IMG/VR virus record: IMGVR_UViG_3300031884_000002
Span: 62,001 to 126,000 of that record
Strand: one strand, 5' to 3'
DNA: 64,000 nt
The translations under genes and the position numbers were made by a program. The notes below the pieces were generated by a model. That model did not search any database. It was not told where the DNA came from and saw only the letters and a program-made list of their open reading frames with translations. Position 1 is the first letter of the stretch. Every line of letters begins with the position of its first letter. Positions 1 to 8,973 of the stretch are shown piece after piece.

Positions 1-500
1 TCTATAGATAAAATCTAAATTGTCAATCATTATCGCCGCTATAATAGGCTTTCTGTTTTTTGATTATGTTAATTGGATACACACATTTCGGACAAGTTAT
101 TAAAGGTGTGTTTGACTCTACATCCCATGCTAAAATAGTCCATTTACTATAATGAATATCTTTAGCATCCATAAAACTCATTGCTTTATTACAGATATCA
201 CATTTAAGATGCCAATGATTAGCCATTATTAACTTGTTTTTCTAAATTATGATGAAACTTAAATGCTTCTTGTAATAATACAATCAAATGAAGAGTTTCA
301 TCCGATGTAAATTTAAGTTCAATTTCATCAAATCCTTCTCCAACTTTAAGTTTTATGCCGCCATTATATTTAATTTCTTTAAGATTTATAGCATCATATC
401 TATATTTTATATTGTGATTTTACTTCTATAGTAGATACGAGAAACATTACAGTTCCGGCAACAGACCACACTAACAACAATGCAATAATTATAAATTCTA

Positions 501-1115
501 TCATATTTTACATCCTTTATACATTTTCATTTCGTTAAGATTATAATGAAAACTAAAATCTGGTAATGATTTTTCTTTTATTCTATTTAAATACTTAGAA
601 ATTGTGTCAGCGGTGCCACCATCCTTTAAAGTTTCTTTATCTCCAAACGTCATTGCCAGAATATAATGAGACATTGACACGTTAGTATTTCTATTTTTAA
701 ACCCATGAACCACCGTAACATCGGCACCTTTATCTATTGCTTGTTGTATCTCTTTAATAGAGTTTTGTTTAGTTTCTTTTTCAAATTGACTATGATACCA
801 GTTTGCAGTATCCGCAACTGTTCCAAAATCACTATAATTATCTATATAAGTTCCATTCTCATATTCACACGGAAGAAATAATTTAAGATTAGGCATTCTA
901 TTATTAAGATATAATCTTACTGCTATCGAATCTGCGCCAGCCGCACCACCCGATACAAGCGTATTAAGTGGATATTTTTCTTTTAAATTTATATAATCTA
1001 TAAGTTTGTCTGCTACTCTATACATTTCATTATATAAATCAAGTGATAATTTATCATAATCATTATGACGAAATGCCGTTCCAACAATCGCAAGTGAATT
1101 TTCATCTTTTATCAT
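501..1115 (-). CDS. SLOG-superfamily (DprA/YspA-like) nucleotide-binding protein
   Basis: VSGGAAGAD, RN and DGGT motifs typical of SLOG folds. Confidence 0.65.
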   Translation of the reverse strand: MIKDENSLAIVGTAFRHNDYDKLSLDLYNEMYRVADKLIDYINLKEKYPLNTLVSGGAAGADSIAVRLYLNNRMPNLKLFLPCEYENGTYIDNYSDFGTVADTANWYHSQFEKETKQNSIKEIQQAIDKGADVTVVHGFKNRNTNVSMSHYILAMTFGDKETLKDGGTADTISKYLNRIKEKSLPDFSFHYNLNEMKMYKGCKI

Positions 1116-1123
1116 ACTTCAAT

Positions 1124-1151
1124 AGTATATCAGAACATTTAGAAATGTCAA
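1124..1151 (-). promoter_or_regulatory. sigma70-type promoter TTGACA-N16-TATACT (representative of about 22 such sites)
   Basis: Minus strand TTGACA tttctaaatgttctga TATACT, 8 nt before the ATG at 1115. Confidence 0.8.
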
Positions 1152-1211
1152 TTGTTTTTATTCCAATTATAAATATGTTGTTATTTTTTGATTAAAATCA
1201 CTATATCTCTA

Positions 1212-1219
1212 TATTTATA
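1212..1219 (+). promoter_or_regulatory. TATTTATA putative late-promoter motif (representative)
   Basis: The same octamer precedes starts at 11616, 22919, 31217, 41324, 43376, 52730, 58520 and 63133 (+), and 19611 and 24512 (-). Confidence 0.7.
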
Positions 1220-1223
1220 ATGT

Positions 1224-2030
1224 ATGAAGACATCAAATATAAATTATAACGAACAACAAACTATCATTTCATATAGTAATAATGGAATGCTAGTAAATGA
1301 TATAGCAAATAAATTAAATAGAAATGAAAAATCTATAAGAAACATTCTTAATAAAAATAAAATTCCAATACACTTCAATGACAAAAGAATTAAAAAATGG
1401 AGCGAACAAAATATAACGACTCTTAAAAATATGGTCCAATCTAATATATCTCATAAACAAATAGCCATAAAATTAAATAGAGGGGTGGCTGCAATATCAA
1501 AAAAATTAAAAGAATTAAATTTAAATTCCAATTTTCTTTTAAAAATAGAAGAAAATAAATGTTTAAAGTCCCAAGGAAAGAAAAAATGTAATGAATGCCA
1601 ACAAATAAAGAATATAAAAGAATTTAAACATTGGTGTAGAAAATGTGAAAATTGCCGAAATTTAATATTACAAAATAGAATTGAAAAAATGTCTAAAAAT
1701 AATGATTTAAAATATATTTTGATGGAAAAATTAAAATGGAATAGATATAGAGTTAAAAAATATAAATTTGAATGTGACATTGACTTACAATTTTTAATAG
1801 AATTATATAATAAACAAAATGGAAAATGTTATTATTCAAATAGAGTAATGTCATTATCTACACATAATGAAAATTCTATTTCGATTGATAGAATAGATTC
1901 TACACAAGGTTATACTAAAAATAATGTTGTATTATGTTGTAATAGAGTAAATTTAATTAAAAACGATATGACAATAGAAAACTTTAAAAATATTATAATA
2001 GATTTATATAATAATATAAATAATTTTTAG
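1224..2030 (+). CDS. HNH-like homing endonuclease with N-terminal HTH repeats
   Basis: CYYS...SIDRIDSTQGYTKNNVVLCC..VN..K C-terminal nuclease motif; CxxC pairs. Confidence 0.75.
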   Translation: MKTSNINYNEQQTIISYSNNGMLVNDIANKLNRNEKSIRNILNKNKIPIHFNDKRIKKWSEQNITTLKNMVQSNISHKQIAIKLNRGVAAISKKLKELNLNSNFLLKIEENKCLKSQGKKKCNECQQIKNIKEFKHWCRKCENCRNLILQNRIEKMSKNNDLKYILMEKLKWNRYRVKKYKFECDIDLQFLIELYNKQNGKCYYSNRVMSLSTHNENSISIDRIDSTQGYTKNNVVLCCNRVNLIKNDMTIENFKNIIIDLYNNINNF

Positions 2031-2044
2031 ATGGAAGTCAATGG

Positions 2045-2287
2045 TTATTTTTTAAACCAGTTACAAATAGAAGGGAATATGATATTGTATATTGGAGTTA
2101 TAATATACAATGTAAAAAGACACACCAAATATACAAAAAATACTATAGGACCAAGTATTAAACATAACAATGCTAATTTAAACTTATTTTTTACATTATC
2201 AGTTATATTTTCCCAAAATATTATGGCAATAACAAGTCCAATTATCATCCATAATGATAAAAAGTCAGATATAATAAAAGGTAACAT
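2045..2287 (-). CDS. small membrane protein
   Basis: Two hydrophobic segments. Confidence 0.5.
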   Translation of the reverse strand: MLPFIISDFLSLWMIIGLVIAIIFWENITDNVKNKFKLALLCLILGPIVFFVYLVCLFTLYIITPIYNIIFPSICNWFKK

Positions 2288-2295
2288 ATCAATAT

Positions 2296-3744
2296 TTAGT
2301 TAGCATTAAAAATATGAGTAGTATAACCAGCACGATAGCCAGCAATATATAATACATGATTATCACTATCGGCGGCATCAACATCACCTTCAAGGTATCG
2401 AGCCGGATTATTATCAATCATATCATTGGCACCGGCTACAAATCCTTCAACAAAATGATTATTATTACTATTTGGAACTCGTTGTAACACCATCTGCTGA
2501 ATAATATAACTAACCACTTGAGCGAAAGTTAATTCTTTATTATTTTCTACTTTTTCGGCTTCTGAATCAGAAATATCAATCTGAAATATTTCTTCCATTG
2601 CCATAAGTAATTCAACGCCATCCAATGAGTCAAGTCCGCATGAATGAATCTTATCAGTTAATTTAATTTCAGGATTAACTCCTAAATCTCCATATAACTG
2701 TTCATGTGTCAAATCCCTAATTTGAGACCATATATTTTCAATAAACAATAAAGGTCTCTTTTCCACCTTGGAAATATGTGCTTCAACGGGAATTGGAGAT
2801 TCAATCGGAAAATTAGTTGTTAATGCATCAATTTCTTCATTGGCTTTCTTTTCAATTTCACAAATACATTCATTGTCTATATTGATAGGAGAAGCACACT
2901 TGCTACAATGACAATTTTCCATTACAGAACCACATCCATCACAATAATCATCTCCAACTGGAGTAGAAGGAACCGTAGTGTTTTCATTATTAAATACCAA
3001 TGGAAGATAATTCTCCAATTCTCCAATTACTTTATATTTACAAATACGATGTTTTTGAAACTCACAGTCCCTTGGAACTGTAACAAAATCTACGGGGTCA
3101 ATTTCAACCAGAATGACTCGTTTTCCATATTCTCTGGCATATTCCAAAGAACCGGCGTGAAGTCCGGGACCACATTCAGTTAAATAATTGTCACATACAG
3201 ATGAACGTTCAACTTCAATCGTGGAGCCAATAGTATTAAGAATACGTCCCTTTTCATCCACTTTACCTTGTAAAACTACAGTTTCGAGATTTCCAGTAAT
3301 AGACCAATAATCTTCATTAACCCCCTTATATGCAATTACAAATCCAGCATCCGTCAAAGTCAATCCCAAATGTTCCATAAATTTATAAGATTCTTCGATT
3401 GCCCTTTGCGATGGATTTTTACGAAGACGTTCAATATAATTGGCAATTGGTTGATAAGGAAATCCCGATTTAAGAAATGCCATAACCCGTTGAGCATCAA
3501 ATGTATTAATATGCCGACCATTATAAGTTACACCGGCAGTATTAACTGAAAGTTTTCCATTTGAATATTCCTCAACAACAGTTTTCATAGAAATCAATCG
3601 TTCAAGCAATTCCTTATTTCCAGCCTTGAATGCGTCTCGCAATTCATTCCATTTTGGATGGTCTGATTTTGCCGTTAGAATCTGTTTCCCATTATCAATA
3701 ATGAGAGTCAATGTTTCGTTAATTAAACTGGATGCGGTAATCAT
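2296..3744 (-). CDS. rIIB: rIIB-like protein fused to a Cys-rich linker and an acyl carrier protein domain
   Basis: rIIB motifs AYKGV, CGPGLHAGSLEYA and VEIDPVDFVTVPRDC..K.R.CKY; ACP motif GLDSLDGVELLMAMEEIFQIDISDSEAE; lies downstream of rIIA. Confidence 0.85.
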   Translation of the reverse strand: MITASSLINETLTLIIDNGKQILTAKSDHPKWNELRDAFKAGNKELLERLISMKTVVEEYSNGKLSVNTAGVTYNGRHINTFDAQRVMAFLKSGFPYQPIANYIERLRKNPSQRAIEESYKFMEHLGLTLTDAGFVIAYKGVNEDYWSITGNLETVVLQGKVDEKGRILNTIGSTIEVERSSVCDNYLTECGPGLHAGSLEYAREYGKRVILVEIDPVDFVTVPRDCEFQKHRICKYKVIGELENYLPLVFNNENTTVPSTPVGDDYCDGCGSVMENCHCSKCASPINIDNECICEIEKKANEEIDALTTNFPIESPIPVEAHISKVEKRPLLFIENIWSQIRDLTHEQLYGDLGVNPEIKLTDKIHSCGLDSLDGVELLMAMEEIFQIDISDSEAEKVENNKELTFAQVVSYIIQQMVLQRVPNSNNNHFVEGFVAGANDMIDNNPARYLEGDVDAADSDNHVLYIAGYRAGYTTHIFNAN

Positions 3745-3768
3745 ATTTTTGTTTTAAGTTTTCAAAGT

Positions 3769-4065
3769 ATATAGGTTATAGATTAAATGTCAAGTATCTT
3801 ATTTAGGTATAACGGTTGCAGTATTGGCATCAGTATCAAACTCTATAGTAATATATTCACCATATCTTACCCATTTATCAGCAAACTCTTCAAGTTCATG
3901 TCTAACATCATCATATGCTTGATGACGCTCTTCATCATCGACAATATTTTGAGTAGCAGAACCAGCAGCATCAATCGCTGATTGATATACTGCATCCGGA
4001 CTTTTGAATGTAACTTTAAACTTCATATGTTCGTATGATATAGGTTATAGATTAAATGTCAAGTA
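3769..4065. repeat. 28-bp direct repeat of promoter sequence flanking the 75-aa gene
   Basis: atataggttatagattaaatgtcaagta at 3769-3796 and 4038-4065. Confidence 0.9.
3799..4026 (-). CDS. hypothetical phage protein
   Basis: ORF with its own promoter at 4035-4062. Confidence 0.7.
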   Translation of the reverse strand: MKFKVTFKSPDAVYQSAIDAAGSATQNIVDDEERHQAYDDVRHELEEFADKWVRYGEYITIEFDTDANTATVIPK

Positions 4066-4286
4066 GGAATTACTTTCACTCTGCATAATTTGGAATCGGG
4101 AAAATAAGTTTTCATATAAAACTCAGGAGTTACTTCATTTTTATAGTTGTCAAGTTTAGTATAAAACTTATCCCTTCCAAAATGATGAAAATCATATCTA
4201 CAATCTTTGTTATATTCTGTCAATGGATGAATAATCATCCATCCTTCAATATGTTCATCAGTATTCATAATTATAGTTTCTAAACA

Positions 4287-6665
4287 TTAAGCCGTAACTA
4301 ATTCTTCCGGTTGAATATCAACTAAATCAACTACATCGGTTTTAACTGTTTCCGTATATTCATTATATAAATCAATCGACTTGATATATTTTACAAAATT
4401 ATTACGACTAATTTCATTATTGAGTGAACCATTTCTCATATTATGCCAATTAATATAAGGATAGATTTTAATGATTTCATTTTTAATATCTTCAATATTA
4501 ACCGTTGGTTTAATTCCTTTAACAAAATTACACCAAATATAAAGTTGTTGAATAGCATCAATAAATCCAGTTGTATCTTTATTTTTATTAAGAGAAAAAG
4601 AAGTATTAAACAATTTAATCAATACATGATTATCACCTAATTCTTTAGTTAGAAGTTCAGCCTCTTCAATGTTAATAACCGAAGTATCGGCATATTGATT
4701 AACCAAATCTTGAGGATTAATATTGGATGATATACTTTCTACAATAAACTTATCCAGCGGCAACCAAGTTTTATTTTCAATAGCATTCTCAAACCATTTG
4801 GCACCAGCGGTAATACTATCAATAATATAAACCCTCTCAATATCCAAGTTCAATTTATCATTGATAGTTTTAATATATCCCATCACATCACTAACATAGA
4901 TTTCATTATCATTAAACTTGATTTTATTTCCACGAAAATAATTCTTACGTCCACGTTTACTTGGTGCTTTATATAGAAAATAAACGTCTTCATCAATATC
5001 TTTAAATGCAACATCGGACTCTTCAACCTCTTCCGATACAAAATCCATATATTCCATCTTACGAATAACCGAAGTCCAACTACCACCCGAACGAGTTCCT
5101 TTATTAGCAGAATACCAAACCTTGGCATCGGCCAACAAATCGGATAGATTTAGAGTCGGCACAGTATCAAAATTATATTCTTTATAGAATGCAGATTTAA
5201 TATTATTGGTTTCAAAGTTCAATACATGAATAATCTTATATTGATAATTTTTAGAAAATAACAAATACCGCATAACCATAGCCATTCCGCTTCTCTTATT
5301 GGTATCGTTAATAACAACTCCAACCTTATCGGATGCTGTAATTCCATTATAAACATTAGATTTGCATTTAAAAGTTTTAATCCGGTTCTTCTTGGGACGA
5401 TAAGTAGTCATTACTGGAGCATATGGATTATAATCTTTTCCATCAAGGTTGTCCGAAGATAATGCATTATCAAATCGATTAATATGTCTAAAAGAAGCAT
5501 CTGTAATTGGAATACCATTCCAAATAAGTTGTCCCTTCAACGTATCTTCCAATTTAGATAAATTACCAGCCAAGATTTTAATATTATCAATGGCAATACT
5601 GCCATCTTCCGTTTCAATCGGCAAACCACTTCCGAAAATAGAATTATATATTTTCTTTGCTTCCCAGATATTAAAAGCATTGGAAAACTTTTCCTGCACT
5701 GATTCCTTGATTTTGACAATAATATCTTCAATTTTAGAAATTAAAGCCTCCAATGTCAATTTGGAATATTCTAATGCCTCTCTCGAAGGAACAAATTCCA
5801 AATCACCCATTTTATATTTTAAAACTAAATCATTAGAATGAAGCAAATCCAATAAAGCACGGCTCTTACTATCAATCGGCAATTGGTTGGAAATTTTATT
5901 AAAATCCAAGGGGTAAGAAACGTTTCCCATGTAAGCCACCGCAACCGCAGCATATCCAGATTTGGGACGAATTTCCCAACCATCACCTTTCAAGGTGGCT
6001 GGAGTAGTCCTGAATTTATCAATTTGTAATTGATATTCATCATTCAGATTAACGAGTTGAGGAAGCATTTCCCAATATTTAAAATAATTAGCGGCTTCCT
6101 GATGAATATCATACATCATTTCACTTTTAATAGGAATACAAACTTCAATGCCGGTAGGTTCATCAGAAACAATACGAGCCATTTCATAAATTTGAGGAAG
6201 TTTAGTTTTATCTCCCTTAATAATTTGATAAATTGCCTTTTCTCCTTTATTCCAAGAAGTAACTGTCATAGAATCACTTACACATTGAAAAGATTTTGAT
6301 CCAAATCCCCACGAACCATTAAAATCATTGGAATTTCTACGTGTAGATGTTCCCATATTACAATAAATTTTAACAATTTCCTCGGCATTCAATCCAGCAC
6401 CAAAATCTCGGAATTTAAGTGTCAAATCATTATATACAGGCAATGTAACTATAAAATCAGAAATTGGCTTCTTGGCTTCAATATGAGCGTCAAAAGCATT
6501 GTTAGCATATTCCCTCACAACTGCCAATTCTTTCTTGGAATACATTTTATCAGATAGACAATCCATAATTCTGGCTCTCTCAGCAGCATCAAAATCAACT
6601 TGTCCAATAAGTTTTACACCGGAACCATTCGTTTCAATCGTCTGTTGTGTTTCGTTGGATATCAT
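4287..6665 (-). CDS. rIIA: rIIA-like protein (N-terminal GHKL/Hsp90-like ATPase)
   Basis: REYANNAFDAH, RDFGAGL, STRRNSNDFNGSWGFGSKS and PSREALEY motifs; paired with rIIB. Confidence 0.88.
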   Translation of the reverse strand: MISNETQQTIETNGSGVKLIGQVDFDAAERARIMDCLSDKMYSKKELAVVREYANNAFDAHIEAKKPISDFIVTLPVYNDLTLKFRDFGAGLNAEEIVKIYCNMGTSTRRNSNDFNGSWGFGSKSFQCVSDSMTVTSWNKGEKAIYQIIKGDKTKLPQIYEMARIVSDEPTGIEVCIPIKSEMMYDIHQEAANYFKYWEMLPQLVNLNDEYQLQIDKFRTTPATLKGDGWEIRPKSGYAAVAVAYMGNVSYPLDFNKISNQLPIDSKSRALLDLLHSNDLVLKYKMGDLEFVPSREALEYSKLTLEALISKIEDIIVKIKESVQEKFSNAFNIWEAKKIYNSIFGSGLPIETEDGSIAIDNIKILAGNLSKLEDTLKGQLIWNGIPITDASFRHINRFDNALSSDNLDGKDYNPYAPVMTTYRPKKNRIKTFKCKSNVYNGITASDKVGVVINDTNKRSGMAMVMRYLLFSKNYQYKIIHVLNFETNNIKSAFYKEYNFDTVPTLNLSDLLADAKVWYSANKGTRSGGSWTSVIRKMEYMDFVSEEVEESDVAFKDIDEDVYFLYKAPSKRGRKNYFRGNKIKFNDNEIYVSDVMGYIKTINDKLNLDIERVYIIDSITAGAKWFENAIENKTWLPLDKFIVESISSNINPQDLVNQYADTSVINIEEAELLTKELGDNHVLIKLFNTSFSLNKNKDTTGFIDAIQQLYIWCNFVKGIKPTVNIEDIKNEIIKIYPYINWHNMRNGSLNNEISRNNFVKYIKSIDLYNEYTETVKTDVVDLVDIQPEELVTA

Positions 6666-6748
6666 AATTTAATAATTTGTTATGCTCCAAGAATATAGAT
6701 TTTAGATTAAAAGTCAATGAAAATATTTTCGATTTTTGTAATGTTACG

Positions 6749-7270
6749 TTTATTTATTTTGACTACCTTAATTAAGAATATTAACGAAGACATCGCCAAT
6801 CCCCCGAAATACTCAAAATATCCTTTATTTATTTTGACAGCGGCAATCGCAGAGCAACTGAATACCGATGGAGTCCCCGAAATACTAAAAATATCCTTTA
6901 TTTATTTTGACTCAATTGAAGAACTTGGTAATCCATAAAGATTTACACCCCGAAATACTCAAAATATCATTTATTTATTTTGACATTCGATATTTAAGGT
7001 CCTCAATATCAAGGTCATACCCGAAATACTCAAAATATCCTTTATTTATTTTGACATGATATGGGAGATTAAAAGTAATCTGGCTCCAGTTCCCGAAATA
7101 CTCAAAATATCCTTTATTTATTTTGACTTTATATTCCAGCCTAATGATTTTAATCGATCAATCCCGAAATACTCAAAATATCCTTTATTTATTTTGACCA
7201 ATTGCTCCATTCATATATTAATAAGGGAGTAGTACCCGAAATACTCAAAATATCCTTTATTTATTTTGAC
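6749..7270. CRISPR. CRISPR array 1: 7 full 36-bp repeats plus 1 partial, 7 spacers of 35-39 bp
   Basis: CCCGAAATACTCAAAATATCCTTTATTTATTTTGAC at 6803, 6876, 6949, 7020, 7092, 7163 and 7235 (two copies with single substitutions); partial copy at 6749-6763; internal stem TCAAAATA/TATTTTGA; unique spacers. Confidence 0.98.
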
Positions 7271-7459
7271 AGCCTTCCCGTAAAGGGTTTATTGTCAACT
7301 ATTTAAAAGGCTTTCCACGAGCGGCTATATCAGAAAAGATATAACCTAACTCATGCTAGGCATGTCGGATGCCTAAATATTTGTCAAAGAACAACTTACA
7401 TCTTGCGAGCGGTTATGCGTAACTATCTCATCACCACACCGCTCGCAAGAAAAATTAAA
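7271..7459. promoter_or_regulatory. CRISPR leader / possible scaffold RNA region
   Basis: Non-coding; 13-bp perfect inverted repeat TCTTGCGAGCGGT (7401-7413)/(7438-7450); third CGAGCGG copy at 7318-7324; 7-bp hairpin at 7357-7375. Confidence 0.7.
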
Positions 7460-7639
7460 TTACCATCCTCTACGTTTATTTTGACTACAAAGTTTTTTAT
7501 AATTCAACTCTTCTTCATTGGTTAATCTCCAATATGTAGCCCCCTCTATTCGTTTTTCTCGATGTTTTTTTTCAACAAAGGAATGAGCGTCTCTAAGAAT
7601 ATTATTTTTTATTTCTGTTTTATTTCTTCTGTGTCGCAT
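7460..7639 (-). CDS. 59-aa basic ORF overlapping the effector 3' end (below the ORF-track cutoff)
   Basis: Hand translation MRHRRNKTEIKNNILRDAHSFVEKKHREKRIEGATYWRLTNEEELNYKKLCSQNKRRGW*. Confidence 0.5.
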   Translation of the reverse strand: MRHRRNKTEIKNNILRDAHSFVEKKHREKRIEGATYWRLTNEEELNYKKLCSQNKRRGW

Positions 7640-8973
7640 AATGTAAACACCATACCTCGTGATTCAATGTTATTTTTTAAAGTAGATTTAAACTTGAACC
7701 AAGGGAATTCACCGGCTAATTTAAATCCTTTTGTTGTGTTTAGTACAATTTCATTACAACAAGTTCTTTCGGCGTGTTTACATAACATAGCTACAGTTTG
7801 TTTAATAAAAGCATCGGTTCTTTTTTCAAAATTGTTAGCGACAACTGCTGATTTGCTATTAAAACACGAAACATTCCCAGAACGACGTTCACATTTTCTA
7901 TCCTGTGAAAACCTATCAATATATTCTCTTCTTTTTTCTGACAAATGAACTCCATAATCCTCAGATAAAATTGATTGGAGTTCTTTTAATTTATTTTCTG
8001 GAATATGAGGATATAATTCTTTAACTGTATTAGCATCTAATACTTTGGATAATAATATCTTTTCCTCGGCTACCCATCTGTTAATATTATCTGCGTTATA
8101 CACTTGGAACTTTCTACCACCAACCCACATAGCAAGAAAAGTATCAGGGGCAGTAAATAACATCATTGTTCTATTATTTTTTTTGTCTAAAAGAGAACGT
8201 GGTTGTTTTACTACAATTTTAACTTTATAAGCAGCTTTTTGTTTGTTCCCATTATCATCTCGTTGAGTGATAGTATGATGATGAACTCCTCCTACTCGTT
8301 CACGAACAATCGCACAACTTCCCCATTTAGCATTTCCTTCCATTATTGCTTTCAAGTTTCCATGCTCTCTGCCAAAATTATCACCTCCCGCCAATCTTAA
8401 TTGAATTCTATTATTTATTCTTCCGCATCCAATTACAAATTCTATTACATAAGCAATAGACCCACAAGTATTTAACACTTTTATATCACAAGCCACAGAA
8501 GGTATTTCTAATGGTTGTCCTTCTTTATAGAAGGGTTGATTTTCCCGCCCAAGAAACACAAGCAACTTCTTTTTATTAAATAATTTAGTAATTTTATTCT
8601 GAAGAGTCGATGCGATTACTGATGATGGAATTAAAGGAAATAATTTCCGTGCTTCATTATAAATTTTCTTTTGTAGGGCATTATATTTTTCCTTAGATGG
8701 AGAAACATATTTTTCATCCAATCCACTTTTAACTGGTTCGCTCTTAAACAAGGATGATAACGCCCAATTATGAAACAAATCGTTTTGCTTAAATAATTCA
8801 TCTAATCGAGAATCAACTTCTTTCCATTCCATATTAAGAGGTTCTGCAATAGGTAGGGTAATGGAAAATACATTACTTACAGTATCCGCTGTAAACGCAT
8901 ATGGCTTGGGTTCCTGCCATAGCCAACCATCTCGAAGTTCGAGCAACCCTTTTTTATTTACTTCAAATTTCAT
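7609..8973 (-). CDS. Cas12f/TnpB-like type V effector, predicted nuclease-dead
   Basis: Adjacent to the array. YNEARKLFPLIPSS resembles the in-window TnpB segment YKIKELFPTLPSQ. GRENQPFYKEGQPLEIP and IMEGNAKWGSCAI resemble Cas12f WED/REC segments. RuvC-I position reads MLFTAPD (no IDLG) and RuvC-II reads IVLNTT (no E). FPWFKFKSTLKNNIESRG is followed by the stop, with no Zn finger or RuvC-III. Confidence 0.75.
   Translation of the reverse strand: MKFEVNKKGLLELRDGWLWQEPKPYAFTADTVSNVFSITLPIAEPLNMEWKEVDSRLDELFKQNDLFHNWALSSLFKSEPVKSGLDEKYVSPSKEKYNALQKKIYNEARKLFPLIPSSVIASTLQNKITKLFNKKKLLVFLGRENQPFYKEGQPLEIPSVACDIKVLNTCGSIAYVIEFVIGCGRINNRIQLRLAGGDNFGREHGNLKAIMEGNAKWGSCAIVRERVGGVHHHTITQRDDNGNKQKAAYKVKIVVKQPRSLLDKKNNRTMMLFTAPDTFLAMWVGGRKFQVYNADNINRWVAEEKILLSKVLDANTVKELYPHIPENKLKELQSILSEDYGVHLSEKRREYIDRFSQDRKCERRSGNVSCFNSKSAVVANNFEKRTDAFIKQTVAMLCKHAERTCCNEIVLNTTKGFKLAGEFPWFKFKSTLKNNIESRGMVFTLCDTEEIKQK

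Noticed and set aside
6717-6938. 73-aa plus-strand ORF
   Set aside because: It runs through CRISPR repeats and spacers, and its repeated PKY/YPLFILT peptides are just the translated repeat.
6803-7270. TATTTAT inside each array-1 repeat acting as an internal late promoter
   Set aside because: It is only a 7/8 match in very AT-rich sequence, and the implied start at the spacer would not give the 5' repeat handle expected for a type V guide.
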